Shown here piece after piece: positions 18,647 through 27,603 of a stretch of DNA of 64,000 nt. The DNA is from a phage, in sequence record NC_135729.1. One strand, given 5' to 3'. The position numbers and the translations under genes were made by a program. Each line of letters begins with the position of its first letter. Within the stretch, counting starts at the first letter, position 1. The notes beneath the pieces are model-generated. The model did not search any database and had not been told where the DNA came from. It saw only the letters and a program-made list of their open reading frames with translations.

Positions 18647-18856
18647 TCAACAGATTCCGGCCTTATCCTTCCTGTCTGCGTATTCTTTAATCGCAACCTC
18701 ATCTGCATTAGTGACCAGGTATTCAAAGTAACTCTCAAGCTCCTCGTCAATGTCAGGAGACCAGCTCTTTTTCCTGTCAGTGTGAATTGCAGACTTGTTG
18801 AACTTATTACAGTTCTTTGCTACCGGGTTGTTCATTAAGCGCTCCTCAGCGTTCAT
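18647..18856 (-). CDS. hypothetical protein
   Basis: 69-aa ORF, start overlaps upstream gene end. Confidence 0.35.
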   Translation of the reverse strand: MNAEERLMNNPVAKNCNKFNKSAIHTDRKKSWSPDIDEELESYFEYLVTNADEVAIKEYADRKDKAGIC

Positions 18857-19424
18857 AGTAAATTTTATTTAACATTACCTCATCCTTTGCAGAAAGGATA
18901 TCTAGATATGCATCACCGAATCTACCTGCAACAACCTCTGCATGATACATCACTTCGTTAATATCGTCAAGAGTGATAACTGGATGACCGTATCTCTCTG
19001 AGTATTGTCTCAGAGTGCGATGTAGGGAGTCATCATCATAGGCAGACTTTTTAATATCGCAAACACGACGAATAGCCTTGATGTCGAAAAACCCTGTACG
19101 ATACCAACCAAGAAAAAGGTTTCGTGCAGTGTCAACATCTACATCAATACCATTAAGAACCTTATCTACAAGATAGCTGTCATCCTTTGGACCAGCTTCC
19201 TTAGTGCGAATGTAGTTGCCATCTTTTCCAGGTGACATCTCCTTCTCATCACCAACCTGCATGCCATCATTTGGCGGTGTTAGCCACTTATCCGGATGCT
19301 TACGATCACGAGCGTTAGAATGATTACGCTGGAAACCAGGCTTCCACTTGAAAGTTTTCTCCATCTGTTCTTCATTCTGATAACGTTTTGCAATCTTTTC
19401 ACGGTCATCTTTGCGTGAACCCAT
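18846..19424 (-). CDS. hypothetical protein
   Basis: 192-aa ORF with GAGGAGG SD upstream of ATG. Confidence 0.45.
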   Translation of the reverse strand: MGSRKDDREKIAKRYQNEEQMEKTFKWKPGFQRNHSNARDRKHPDKWLTPPNDGMQVGDEKEMSPGKDGNYIRTKEAGPKDDSYLVDKVLNGIDVDVDTARNLFLGWYRTGFFDIKAIRRVCDIKKSAYDDDSLHRTLRQYSERYGHPVITLDDINEVMYHAEVVAGRFGDAYLDILSAKDEVMLNKIYYER

Positions 19425-19927
19425 AGCTGCCTCCTCTTCAAGTTATAGAAAAACTCACTGTATCACTTTGTAACGAGCTTTTCTATCAAACTGGTGCGAT
19501 TGCATTACCTGGTATAGTTCATATAGCTGTGGAGCGATTTAGGGGCCTTCTTGTCAGTTTCCACACATAAACTTCATCCAAGCTCGCGCGGGAGACTCTC
19601 AACCGACTCCTTACGGCGCTGGCAAGCTTTCGTCGGTGGTCCACATCAGTGCTCGGCCTTTGGCCTGCGCTATCGCTTCGCTCCCACACATGTTAACAGA
19701 CCTGCATGTATGCACTTCTGTTATTGTGTGCACCAAGGAGGCCCGGCATCTCGCCCCTCGTAGGCGAGTGCCAATGAAGGGCCGACACTACCTATAGTAA
19801 GTAATAATTTTAAAACATGGTACTTAGGATCTAGTATATTCTACATAAGTTAAGTATATGTACTTAGTACCATAAGTACTAGATCTTTTATTTTTTATTA
19901 TTTAGTTATTTTAGTTATATTCTTTAT

Positions 19928-20010
19928 GTGTCCGTATCACGGACAGTTAGTGTCCGTATTACGGGCAGATGTGTCCGCGTGACGGACAGTAGTGTCCGTA
20001 TCACGGGCAG
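19928..20010. repeat. array of four tandem 22-bp palindromic repeats (iteron/operator-like)
   Basis: GTGTCCGTATCACGGACAG and three close variants in direct tandem, each with internal dyad TGTCCGT/ACGGACA; adjacent to 120-bp AT-rich tract. Confidence 0.7.
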
Positions 20011-20084
20011 TTACTGACCTCTGTTCCAGAGCGAACATAAAACATACGAATCCTTATAGTACAGATATTTAAGTTTTTACTGGT

Positions 20085-20435
20085 CTAACCAGTTGTTGAC
20101 ATTCGAATAACCTCTTCTGGTGGCAAAACTTTGGAAAATGTACATCTTTTACCTCTCCCTTGTGTGGATATTTCAACCACTCCTGCACATTCTAAAGTTT
20201 TAACGCACGCTGCTGCTTTTGTTTTCTTTATCCCAACATCTGCTGCAATTTTCCTTGTGCTTGGTGTGAAGCGTGAATTTCCTCCAAGCTTATACCAGTT
20301 GTGCAGGTAGCAGTATACGATCTTGTCATATAAGTCAAGAACAACAGCCTCCCCAGTTGTGTCATTCAAAACTTTTGACATAGACAGTATTTCAAGGGGG
20401 ACTTTAAGATATAGCAGCTTATCCCCATCTTTCAT
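20085..20435 (-). CDS. hypothetical protein (possible DNA-binding protein next to repeat array)
   Basis: 116-aa ORF whose stop is about 75 bp from the palindromic repeat array. Confidence 0.4.
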   Translation of the reverse strand: MKDGDKLLYLKVPLEILSMSKVLNDTTGEAVVLDLYDKIVYCYLHNWYKLGGNSRFTPSTRKIAADVGIKKTKAAACVKTLECAGVVEISTQGRGKRCTFSKVLPPEEVIRMSTTG

Positions 20436-20482
20436 ATCTCCTGATTCTCCTTGTGTGGCAATTTTCTTTAAAATAGCAGGGA

Positions 20483-21037
20483 TTACTCCCCGCTGTCAAT
20501 AGCAAGACTCATTGCAATACGGTATGCCTCTTCTAATGGTAAGAGTCTCCCCCACACATCCCAACCGACATCAAACTGCCTGCCAAACAACTGCTGTGTG
20601 GTTCCGTGAGCATGACCGAACAGTTGGACTGATCCGTGAGGCTTTCTGTTCCACTTTGCAAACTGGTAATGGCTCATACAGATCAAATTCTTGTTGTGGC
20701 GAAGCTCGTAATAATCTACAACCTCATGACCGAACTCTTTCATAATTCTGACAGTCGTCCTTGTGTCATGGTTACCACGAACAAGAATAATATGTCCGTT
20801 CAACATATTTAGAACATCTGGGAGCAATTTGTTGATATTCTTATCATTAGTGCACGCAATATCTCCCAAGTGAAACACAGTGTCTGCAGGTGACACAACA
20901 GAGTTCCACTCGGCGATGATTCCCGCATTCATACTGTCAAGATTGTGATCATACTGAGATCTGTGTTTTTGACATGAATCAAACTCCATGACCCGCTGGT
21001 GGAGAAAGTGTGTGTCGCTTGTTACAAAGTATTTCAT
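20483..21037 (-). CDS. calcineurin-like metallophosphoesterase (putative polynucleotide 3'-phosphatase)
   Basis: Start at Met (MKYFVTSDTHF); metallophosphatase motifs D-T-H, GDI, VRGNHD, GHAH. Confidence 0.7.
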   Translation of the reverse strand: MKYFVTSDTHFLHQRVMEFDSCQKHRSQYDHNLDSMNAGIIAEWNSVVSPADTVFHLGDIACTNDKNINKLLPDVLNMLNGHIILVRGNHDTRTTVRIMKEFGHEVVDYYELRHNKNLICMSHYQFAKWNRKPHGSVQLFGHAHGTTQQLFGRQFDVGWDVWGRLLPLEEAYRIAMSLAIDSGE

Positions 21038-21044
21038 ACATTCC

Positions 21045-21455
21045 TCATTTAAGTTTAATGCAGTTTTTAAGCTGGCGTTCCATACGATCCACAACCTTGT
21101 CTGGAACATCATGAATGCTTTTATTACCGTGGCGGTTTTCAACCACGATCACGGTATAACTATACCCGTGACTGATTGCCATGTCAACATATTCCTGCAC
21201 ATGTTTTTCTTTTGTAAACGTATTACTTACCACGATACGGTCGTATCCCGTACGCATCATATCTTCTACGTTATCTTTGCACCATTTTGCTGCGAGTGTT
21301 ACTTTACTTGCATCCCAGTTGTAATTGCCGTCATCGTCATACCAGAACATGTCGTTCTCAAAATGTGGATACAGACCTTCTAAAGATAGCGCATTTGCCA
21401 GTGTTGATTTGCCAGACCCTGGCAGACCACGCACGATATATAGCATTTTAGACAT
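21045..21455 (-). CDS. P-loop kinase (polynucleotide kinase-like)
   Basis: Start at Met (MSKMLYIVRG) with GGAGGG SD; Walker A GLPGSGKST; immediately upstream of the phosphatase gene. Confidence 0.6.
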   Translation of the reverse strand: MSKMLYIVRGLPGSGKSTLANALSLEGLYPHFENDMFWYDDDGNYNWDASKVTLAAKWCKDNVEDMMRTGYDRIVVSNTFTKEKHVQEYVDMAISHGYSYTVIVVENRHGNKSIHDVPDKVVDRMERQLKNCIKLK

Positions 21456-21515
21456 AGCAACCCTCCGTTTTAATTTTAATGATAGTATACCTAACTGTTT
21501 TGTTAATTTCAAGTG

Positions 21516-21545
21516 TTGACACTAGGTTATTTGTGTGGCATGATA
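21516..21545 (+). promoter_or_regulatory. possible promoter for ligase operon
   Basis: TTGACA at 21516 but only a weak -10 candidate. Confidence 0.3.
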
Positions 21546-21573
21546 GACTGACAAAATGACAAATGAGGAACGT

Positions 21574-22491
21574 ATGATGAAGTATTTTAATGCAGATGAC
21601 CTAGTAGACAAAGGTCTTGTAACCAGTCGGTATTATCCAGATCTTGGATTAAAGATCTATAAATATGCCAGAAAAGTATTCTACAACAATCTGTGGCATT
21701 TGTCTCCGCGTTTACTGGAGTGCCGAGGTATTGTTGTTGGCAATGAGGGGAATGTTGTGGCATGGCCTTTCACAAAAGTATTCAACTTAGGAGAAAACTC
21801 CACCAACCTACCGGACAGTAAACTTGTTACTGCGGTAGAGAAAAAGAACGGATTCCTCGGTGTGGTATCATCTCATAAAGGTGAACTATTGTTCTCAACA
21901 ACCGGGTCTCTTGATTCTCCATATTGTAACCTTGCAAAGGAAACCATCCAAGAGCAATGTGGTAATTTAGATCTTATCAAGAAGGTTATGGGCAATGAAA
22001 ACATGACATTCATGTTTGAAATTTGTCACCCTTCAGATCCGCATATTGTTCAGGAAGATCATGGCGCATATTTGATAGGTTGCAGATATAATGATTCTGG
22101 AATAATGCTACCAGAAGCAGCTTTAGATGGGATTGCCAAATACCTTGGTGCAAAACGTCCTCACACTGTGCGTGAAATTCCGTTCAGCTATGCAAAAGAA
22201 TTAGCTGCAGAAACAAGAGGTGAAGGGTATATGATTCGTAAGCCTTACTACCCTTATGATCTGCAGCTGAAGATCAAGTCTCCATACTATCTGGCACGGA
22301 AGGCCGTAATGAGGGGTAAAGCTTGGAAGATTTGGGATGATGATATCTTTAAACGTGTTGACGAAGAGTTTTACGGCATGGTAAACTTCATTCGTAGCAA
22401 TTACACAGAGGATGTGTGGAACTGCCTCCTGGAGCAGGAACGCCGTGAGATACTTGATTACTATTTCCACAACGAGAACTATATGCAATGA
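21574..22491 (+). CDS. nucleotidyltransferase of ligase family, probably RNA ligase
   Basis: Motif I-like EKKNGF, motif III-like FMFEIC, motif V-like EGYMIRK; divergent from kinase/phosphatase pair; start uncertain (track start 21556). Confidence 0.5.
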   Translation: MMKYFNADDLVDKGLVTSRYYPDLGLKIYKYARKVFYNNLWHLSPRLLECRGIVVGNEGNVVAWPFTKVFNLGENSTNLPDSKLVTAVEKKNGFLGVVSSHKGELLFSTTGSLDSPYCNLAKETIQEQCGNLDLIKKVMGNENMTFMFEICHPSDPHIVQEDHGAYLIGCRYNDSGIMLPEAALDGIAKYLGAKRPHTVREIPFSYAKELAAETRGEGYMIRKPYYPYDLQLKIKSPYYLARKAVMRGKAWKIWDDDIFKRVDEEFYGMVNFIRSNYTEDVWNCLLEQERREILDYYFHNENYMQ

Positions 22492-22838
22492 AGAAGTTGA
22501 TTGTGTGGCTAGATGACTTAAGAGATCCGTCAAATTACGGGCTCCCAGACGCTGTTTGGCTGAAGAATTCCTCCGAGTTTATGGATTTTATTAACGATAA
22601 GGGAAAGCTCTACAGACGCGTTTCTGAGTGGCATATGGACAACGACCTAGGAGAAGTATTCGAAGGATACGATTGCCTATCCATGTTGGAGGAAAAATTT
22701 GTATTCGGTAAGCCTCCCGTGGTTGACAACGTGAAGATTTTCGTACATACTTCTAATCCATCAGCGGCTCGTAAATTCATGCTTGCAGCTGACTCGTTTA
22801 AAAAGTTTGGAATAGAGATTAAACAAAACATCTACTGA
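22488..22838 (+). CDS. hypothetical protein coupled to ligase
   Basis: 116-aa ORF overlapping ligase stop by 4 nt; conserved-looking acidic patches (WLDDLRDP, WHMDNDLG). Confidence 0.4.
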   Translation: MKKLIVWLDDLRDPSNYGLPDAVWLKNSSEFMDFINDKGKLYRRVSEWHMDNDLGEVFEGYDCLSMLEEKFVFGKPPVVDNVKIFVHTSNPSAARKFMLAADSFKKFGIEIKQNIY

Positions 22839-22846
22839 GGGCACTT

Positions 22847-23608
22847 ATGCGACGACTGATTATTATCTCCGGTGCTGGTTTGAGCGCTGAATCTGGTATT
22901 CCCACTTTCCGATCTGGTAGTACTGCAATGTGGGAGAATTTCAGCATAGATGAGGTGTGCAACATCCACACCTTCGCCAAGAACTACTATAAGGTGCATG
23001 ACTTTTACAATGCACGTCGTGTAGCTCTGGGCAGTGTTGATCCTAACCTTGCACATCTCCGGATCGCTGAGTGGTATTCCCGCTGGTCTGGTCGTGTGAT
23101 CAACCTGACCACCAATGTAGATGATTTGCTGGAGCGTGCTGGTGTAAAACATGAAGATATTTTACATGTCCACGGGTATTTGCCTGAAATCACCTATGAA
23201 GATACTGAAGGTAATGATGTAATTAAAAATATAGGGTACACGGAGGTAGATACAGGCAAGTATACCTGGGTTAAGCCCAATGTAGTGTTCTTCGGTGAGG
23301 TTGCTCCTAAGTATACAGACATGTATGACCTGTTGACATCTCTTACCAGCAATGATATGGTGATCCTGGTAGGTTGTTCTAACACAGTTATTAATTTTAA
23401 CTGGGAATTGTTTCCTGCTACTTGTAAAGGCACAAAACTGCTGATTGTAAACAAGTATGATTCGCAGAGTGCAGATGGAAGTGGCATTTCACGTAGCGAC
23501 CTTTATCAATATGAGGATCGCGGGATCCCTGTATGGTTTAACGGTGCTGTTGACGCTTTCTCTGATAAAGCATTTATTGAAACTGTAGAAAACTTTATGG
23601 AACTGTAA
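22847..23608 (+). CDS. Sir2-like NAD-dependent enzyme (sirtuin family)
   Basis: GAGLSAESGIPTFRS Rossmann motif, TTNVDDLLERAG and HVHG catalytic-His motif; no CxxC zinc ribbon seen. Confidence 0.7.
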   Translation: MRRLIIISGAGLSAESGIPTFRSGSTAMWENFSIDEVCNIHTFAKNYYKVHDFYNARRVALGSVDPNLAHLRIAEWYSRWSGRVINLTTNVDDLLERAGVKHEDILHVHGYLPEITYEDTEGNDVIKNIGYTEVDTGKYTWVKPNVVFFGEVAPKYTDMYDLLTSLTSNDMVILVGCSNTVINFNWELFPATCKGTKLLIVNKYDSQSADGSGISRSDLYQYEDRGIPVWFNGAVDAFSDKAFIETVENFMEL

Positions 23609-23622
23609 GAGGTGACCTTTTA

Positions 23623-24336
23623 ATGCTAAATACTAAACTGATCGACAACCTGGAAAAACTGTCTCAGCCAGAAAACTACCTTTGGTCTGCCAGTTGGGTG
23701 GAAAATTGGAACCGTGTAGCAGCTAAAGTGAAAAAATCATACACACCATTCGAACTCCAGCTCAGTTTTATTGAAGAAGAGTTTAATGAGGTTCTTGAAG
23801 AGTTGGAGAAAGGTGATGGTGGAGATCACCTGCTAAAAGAGGCCTGTGATCTGCACGTTGTTACAAGTTATGCCGCTTATCTTGTCAACGATAACTACGA
23901 AAAGTGGACAAGTCTGTTTGATAATTCGCGAGATATTAAGTTTAAGATTGGGGAGTTCTATGATACACTGATCGCTGCTAAAAACACACCAAAGCAAAAA
24001 GCGTCTGCTTACCGACTAGCGGAGTTATCAACAGCTTTGCTGTTCCAGCTTAGCGGGGATGTGTGTGGGATGATGCGGAAGGTTCTCAAATCTAATGACA
24101 GTAAGTTTGCGCGGATCAACCATCTACGGCATTCACACGGTGCTAGTGCAGATATGCCTGCTGAACAACTCATAGAGTTGGAGATTAAAGATCTTGAGCG
24201 ACGCTTTGATGGTCGCTACGAAGGTTTTGTTGCTAAGGAAGAGTTCTACAACGGTAATAAAGTTATCATATTCCTTGACAGTAAAGGTAAGATCATGAAG
24301 CCTTCGAGCTTCAAGGATGTAACAGAGTATATTTGA
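23623..24336 (+). CDS. hypothetical protein, possibly MazG-like NTP pyrophosphohydrolase
   Basis: EEEFNEVLEELEKGD ... KEACDLHVV resembles the MazG E-x-x-E ... E-x-x-D pattern; weak. Confidence 0.3.
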   Translation: MLNTKLIDNLEKLSQPENYLWSASWVENWNRVAAKVKKSYTPFELQLSFIEEEFNEVLEELEKGDGGDHLLKEACDLHVVTSYAAYLVNDNYEKWTSLFDNSRDIKFKIGEFYDTLIAAKNTPKQKASAYRLAELSTALLFQLSGDVCGMMRKVLKSNDSKFARINHLRHSHGASADMPAEQLIELEIKDLERRFDGRYEGFVAKEEFYNGNKVIIFLDSKGKIMKPSSFKDVTEYI

Positions 24337-24342
24337 CAACAT

Positions 24343-24369
24343 AGCCGGGTAATCCCGGCTTTACTTATT
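24343..24369 (+). terminator. intrinsic terminator-like hairpin
   Basis: AGCCGGG-taat-CCCGGCT followed by TTACTTATT. Confidence 0.45.
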
Positions 24370-24398
24370 ATGGAAAGTATGCAGCGAGGTAGTTAGTT

Positions 24399-24707
24399 AT
24401 GTACAAGCATTCCAGAGATCTTGAAAAAGATGCTGTGTTTGGCGACCAGATGAAGGAGCTGATCAAACTTATAGGTAGAATGGAAGATAAGTTTGACACT
24501 AAAATCTACATCGATAGCAAGATCTTCAACCACAAAATATGGACAAATGTGTGTGTTGGGCTACATGGTGATAAAGATATTGTAAATTTGGTTGTAATAA
24601 AGTTCATAGTGTGGCAGAATAAGACTATACGTTATTCCGATCCACACTTACTTGTTTATCCTATAAAAGACCTACTACAGAAGGAGGACTGCAATGCCGT
24701 TATTTAA
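24399..24707 (+). CDS. hypothetical protein
   Basis: 102-aa ORF. Confidence 0.35.
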   Translation: MYKHSRDLEKDAVFGDQMKELIKLIGRMEDKFDTKIYIDSKIFNHKIWTNVCVGLHGDKDIVNLVVIKFIVWQNKTIRYSDPHLLVYPIKDLLQKEDCNAVI

Positions 24708-24963
24708 TCTTGCTAAACCTGTAGAAGCCCACCAGTTTGACGGAAGCTCTTCATCAGTATCTGATCTGCAACGGTGGATTGATACAGGTGTGTTTACATC
24801 GTCACCTGTTCGGACCAGAGATCTTCGTCGCATGTGTGAGCTTGTCGAGCCTTTTGGTAACCTTGTCTTGTACCAGGGAGATTGGCTAGTTGACTTTATG
24901 GGAGACTGGTTGGTAATGAGTAAAGAAGAGATGTTTAAAATTTTTAAGGAAGAGGCCGAGTAA
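24694..24963 (+). CDS. hypothetical protein
   Basis: 89-aa ORF overlapping neighbours (coupled). Confidence 0.35.
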   Translation: MPLFNLAKPVEAHQFDGSSSSVSDLQRWIDTGVFTSSPVRTRDLRRMCELVEPFGNLVLYQGDWLVDFMGDWLVMSKEEMFKIFKEEAE

Positions 24964-26246
24964 TGCATCAAATCAAAACAACACTGTACGCACTGAACAA
25001 AGATGGCAGCTACCAACAGTGGAAAGTATTCACTGATGGCGAAAAGGTTATCGTAGAGTTTGGCAAGCTTGACGGTAAATTGCAGTACAAAGAGACGGTA
25101 TGCACACCTAAGAACGTAGGTCGTGCCAATGAGACTACAGCTGAGCAACAGGCCGAGCTTGAGGCTATCAGCAAGTGGGAAAAACAAGTCCGTCTGGGGT
25201 ATGTTGAAAACATGGAAGATTGCGAGCAGGGTGTTGATCTTTTACCCATGCTGGTGCATGACTACCTGAAGCGTGGCAAGGCACTTAAACTACCTTGCTG
25301 GATCTTGCGTAAGTTAGATGGCCTTCGTCTGCTTGTTGTTTTCCAAAATGGTGAGCCTAAATTTATTTCCCGTGGTAATAAGTCCTACCCTATTCAAGGA
25401 AAGCTTTTAGAGCAACTTCGTTCTTTCCATTCTACCACTGGGATTAAACAACTTGATGGGGAACTATACATTCATGGTCTTCCTTTGCAGAAAATAGTGT
25501 CTCTTGCTAAACGGTGGCGCACACAGGAAGAGATTCAGGCCGAGATCGATAAAGACTATGAGGCAGATAAAAAACGCCGTCATGCCGCAATTAAGTCCGG
25601 CTTATCAACATATAAAAACTTCAACAAGGTAGATATTCCTGTCGATGTTGAGCCTGTTCGTGATGATTTGCGTTACGGTGGGTACTGTAGCTACGATCTG
25701 GAGTATCACATTTTTGATATTCCTAGCGACAAGGTGTGGTGGGATCCCGAAACAGAGTCTGGACGCTGCAAGGATCTTATGGATGCAGAGGATACCGTTA
25801 CCACTCTGATGCTTGACCATATCAAGGTTGTTGACGCAGAGCTTGCGTACACAGTTGATCATTGCGAAGAATCTGTTGGTATATTCATGTCCGAAGGATA
25901 TGAAGGTACCATTATGCGTAACTTCTGTGGTAAATATGAGTACGGTCAGAGAACATCTGAAGCATTGAAATGGAAAAAGTTCAACGACGCAGAGGTGAAA
26001 GTTATTGACGTTGAGAAAGATAAGAATGATGAAGGTGTTCTTATCTGTGTTGACAAGGAAGGTATTGTTGTTAAAATGAAGATGAAAGGTACGCACGAGG
26101 AGCGTAGCTATGACAGAATGCAGGAAATGATCGGCAAGTTTGTCACCTTCAAATATCAAGCAAGGACAGAAGACAACAACTACCAATTCCCTGTCGGTAT
26201 CTGCGTCCGAAATGTTAACCCAGACACTTGGGAGGTGCTGGAATAA
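24963..26246 (+). CDS. ATP-dependent DNA ligase
   Basis: Motif I KLDGLR (KxDGxR), motif V-like EGTIMRN; 427 aa. Confidence 0.75.
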   Translation: MHQIKTTLYALNKDGSYQQWKVFTDGEKVIVEFGKLDGKLQYKETVCTPKNVGRANETTAEQQAELEAISKWEKQVRLGYVENMEDCEQGVDLLPMLVHDYLKRGKALKLPCWILRKLDGLRLLVVFQNGEPKFISRGNKSYPIQGKLLEQLRSFHSTTGIKQLDGELYIHGLPLQKIVSLAKRWRTQEEIQAEIDKDYEADKKRRHAAIKSGLSTYKNFNKVDIPVDVEPVRDDLRYGGYCSYDLEYHIFDIPSDKVWWDPETESGRCKDLMDAEDTVTTLMLDHIKVVDAELAYTVDHCEESVGIFMSEGYEGTIMRNFCGKYEYGQRTSEALKWKKFNDAEVKVIDVEKDKNDEGVLICVDKEGIVVKMKMKGTHEERSYDRMQEMIGKFVTFKYQARTEDNNYQFPVGICVRNVNPDTWEVLE

Positions 26247-26388
26247 TTTAGGTATGTTTAGTAGCCAATTGAATAAGTGTTTTCAATTTGCACCTACATA
26301 TGCCCTGATGTATGAACTGTGCAACCTAGCCACACCACACAGTGGTGCTGATCGGGGCTCGTTATGAGTGAACTGGAGAGTATGAAAA

Positions 26389-26859
26389 ATGAAACTTGAT
26401 AAAAATGTTCAACGAAAGGCTTTCTTGGATATGATCGCATATTCGGAAGGCACAGATAATGGTAGACAACCTACCAAGGATCGGGGATACGATGTCATAG
26501 TCGGAGGCAAGCTGTTCAGCGATTACAGCAAGCATCCCGGTGTTTACGTTAAGCTAAATGCTAAACTTACCTCCTCCGCTGCTGGGCGTTACCAGGTTTT
26601 GGAGAAGTTTGCTAAACACTACATGGAACAGTTAGGATTGCCAGATTTTGGCCCTGCCAGTCAGGACAAGATTGCGTTGCAACTGATCCGTGAGTGCAAG
26701 GCTCTCGCCGACATTGACGAAGGGCGTATCCACGAGGCTATCCATAAATGCCGTTCCCGCTGGGCTTCGTTGCCTGGTGCTGGATATGGTCAGCATGAAC
26801 AGAAGATTGAGAAGTTGATCGAGGTGTTTAAAAAGGCAGGCGGTGTTGTCCTTGATTGA
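26389..26859 (+). CDS. endolysin, lambda R-like lytic transglycosylase
   Basis: Near-collinear similarity to phage lambda R recalled from memory (QRKAFLDM..SEGTDNGRQ..GYDVIVGG..AGRYQ..WASLPGAGYGQ). Confidence 0.85.
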   Translation: MKLDKNVQRKAFLDMIAYSEGTDNGRQPTKDRGYDVIVGGKLFSDYSKHPGVYVKLNAKLTSSAAGRYQVLEKFAKHYMEQLGLPDFGPASQDKIALQLIRECKALADIDEGRIHEAIHKCRSRWASLPGAGYGQHEQKIEKLIEVFKKAGGVVLD

Positions 26860-26862
26860 TCA

Positions 26863-26891
26863 TTGACATAACCACACGGACGTGGTATTGT
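26863..26891 (+). promoter_or_regulatory. sigma70-like promoter
   Basis: TTGACA, 17-nt spacer, TATTGT. Confidence 0.45.
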
Positions 26892-26922
26892 TACCTCATA
26901 AAATGTTTAGGAGGGTTTAACC

Positions 26923-27129
26923 ATGAAAGACTTTCTGTTGGCAATTTTGTTCATGGCAGCATGTCTGGCCTGTGGTGTCGTGTTTGCAGGTGAAACAGCG
27001 TATCTTGTCGATGTATATCGGGACAATGGTAAACGTATTTGCCTTTATGAGACAAGTCAAGGTGAGCTCTACGAGCTTGTGAAACAAGGCGAGGCTGGAT
27101 CTTGTCCTCGCACCCATTTCTTTGAGTGA
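26923..27129 (+). CDS. small secreted or membrane-anchored protein
   Basis: 68 aa with N-terminal hydrophobic segment LAILFMAACLACGVVFA; directly downstream of endolysin. Confidence 0.4.
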   Translation: MKDFLLAILFMAACLACGVVFAGETAYLVDVYRDNGKRICLYETSQGELYELVKQGEAGSCPRTHFFE

Positions 27130-27138
27130 GGAGAATAC

Positions 27139-27603
27139 GTGGAAGACGGACGTTTAATGAAGTCTGAACGCAGGCTTATTGTGCAACTGATCCCAGAAAC
27201 AGCTTGGTATAATAACCTCCGAAACGCTGTGAAGAAGAGTGAGTGGGATAAGATCCGCAAGAAGTGCTATAGAGAAGCCAACTACACCTGTGAGGTGTGC
27301 GGCGGTAAAGGCAGCAAACACCCAGTGGAGTGTCATGAACTTTACACTTTCGAAGAGGGAGTGATCCGGCTTGTCGGACTGATAGCGTTGTGCCCAGATT
27401 GTCACACATCAGTGCACCCTGGGTTAGCAAATATCCGTGGAAAGTATGCTCAGGCAGTTAGTCAGTTAGCTAAGGTGAATAAGATCACCAAGGGTATGGC
27501 AGAGGCCTATTACCGAGACTGCTTTGCAGAGTGGCGTGAGCTTAGTAAAGTTCCAGAATGGAAGACTGACTTTTCGTGGATAGAGGGTTACCTTGATGGC
27601 TAA
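27139..27603 (+). CDS. HNH-like zinc-finger nuclease
   Basis: CEVCGG ... ECHE ... CPDCHTSVH arrangement typical of the HNH motif. Confidence 0.45.
   Translation: MEDGRLMKSERRLIVQLIPETAWYNNLRNAVKKSEWDKIRKKCYREANYTCEVCGGKGSKHPVECHELYTFEEGVIRLVGLIALCPDCHTSVHPGLANIRGKYAQAVSQLAKVNKITKGMAEAYYRDCFAEWRELSKVPEWKTDFSWIEGYLDG

Noticed and set aside
19551-19763. 70-aa plus-strand ORF in the GC-rich island
   Set aside because: Ser/Arg/Pro-rich low-complexity translation with no ribosome-binding site; the region is treated as non-coding, possibly an RNA.
19928-20010. Possible CRISPR array
   Set aside because: Only four units, no unique spacers between them, and each unit is itself palindromic; more consistent with iterons or operators.
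25605-26186. 193-aa minus-strand ORF
   Set aside because: Antisense to the DNA ligase gene, which has clear catalytic motifs.
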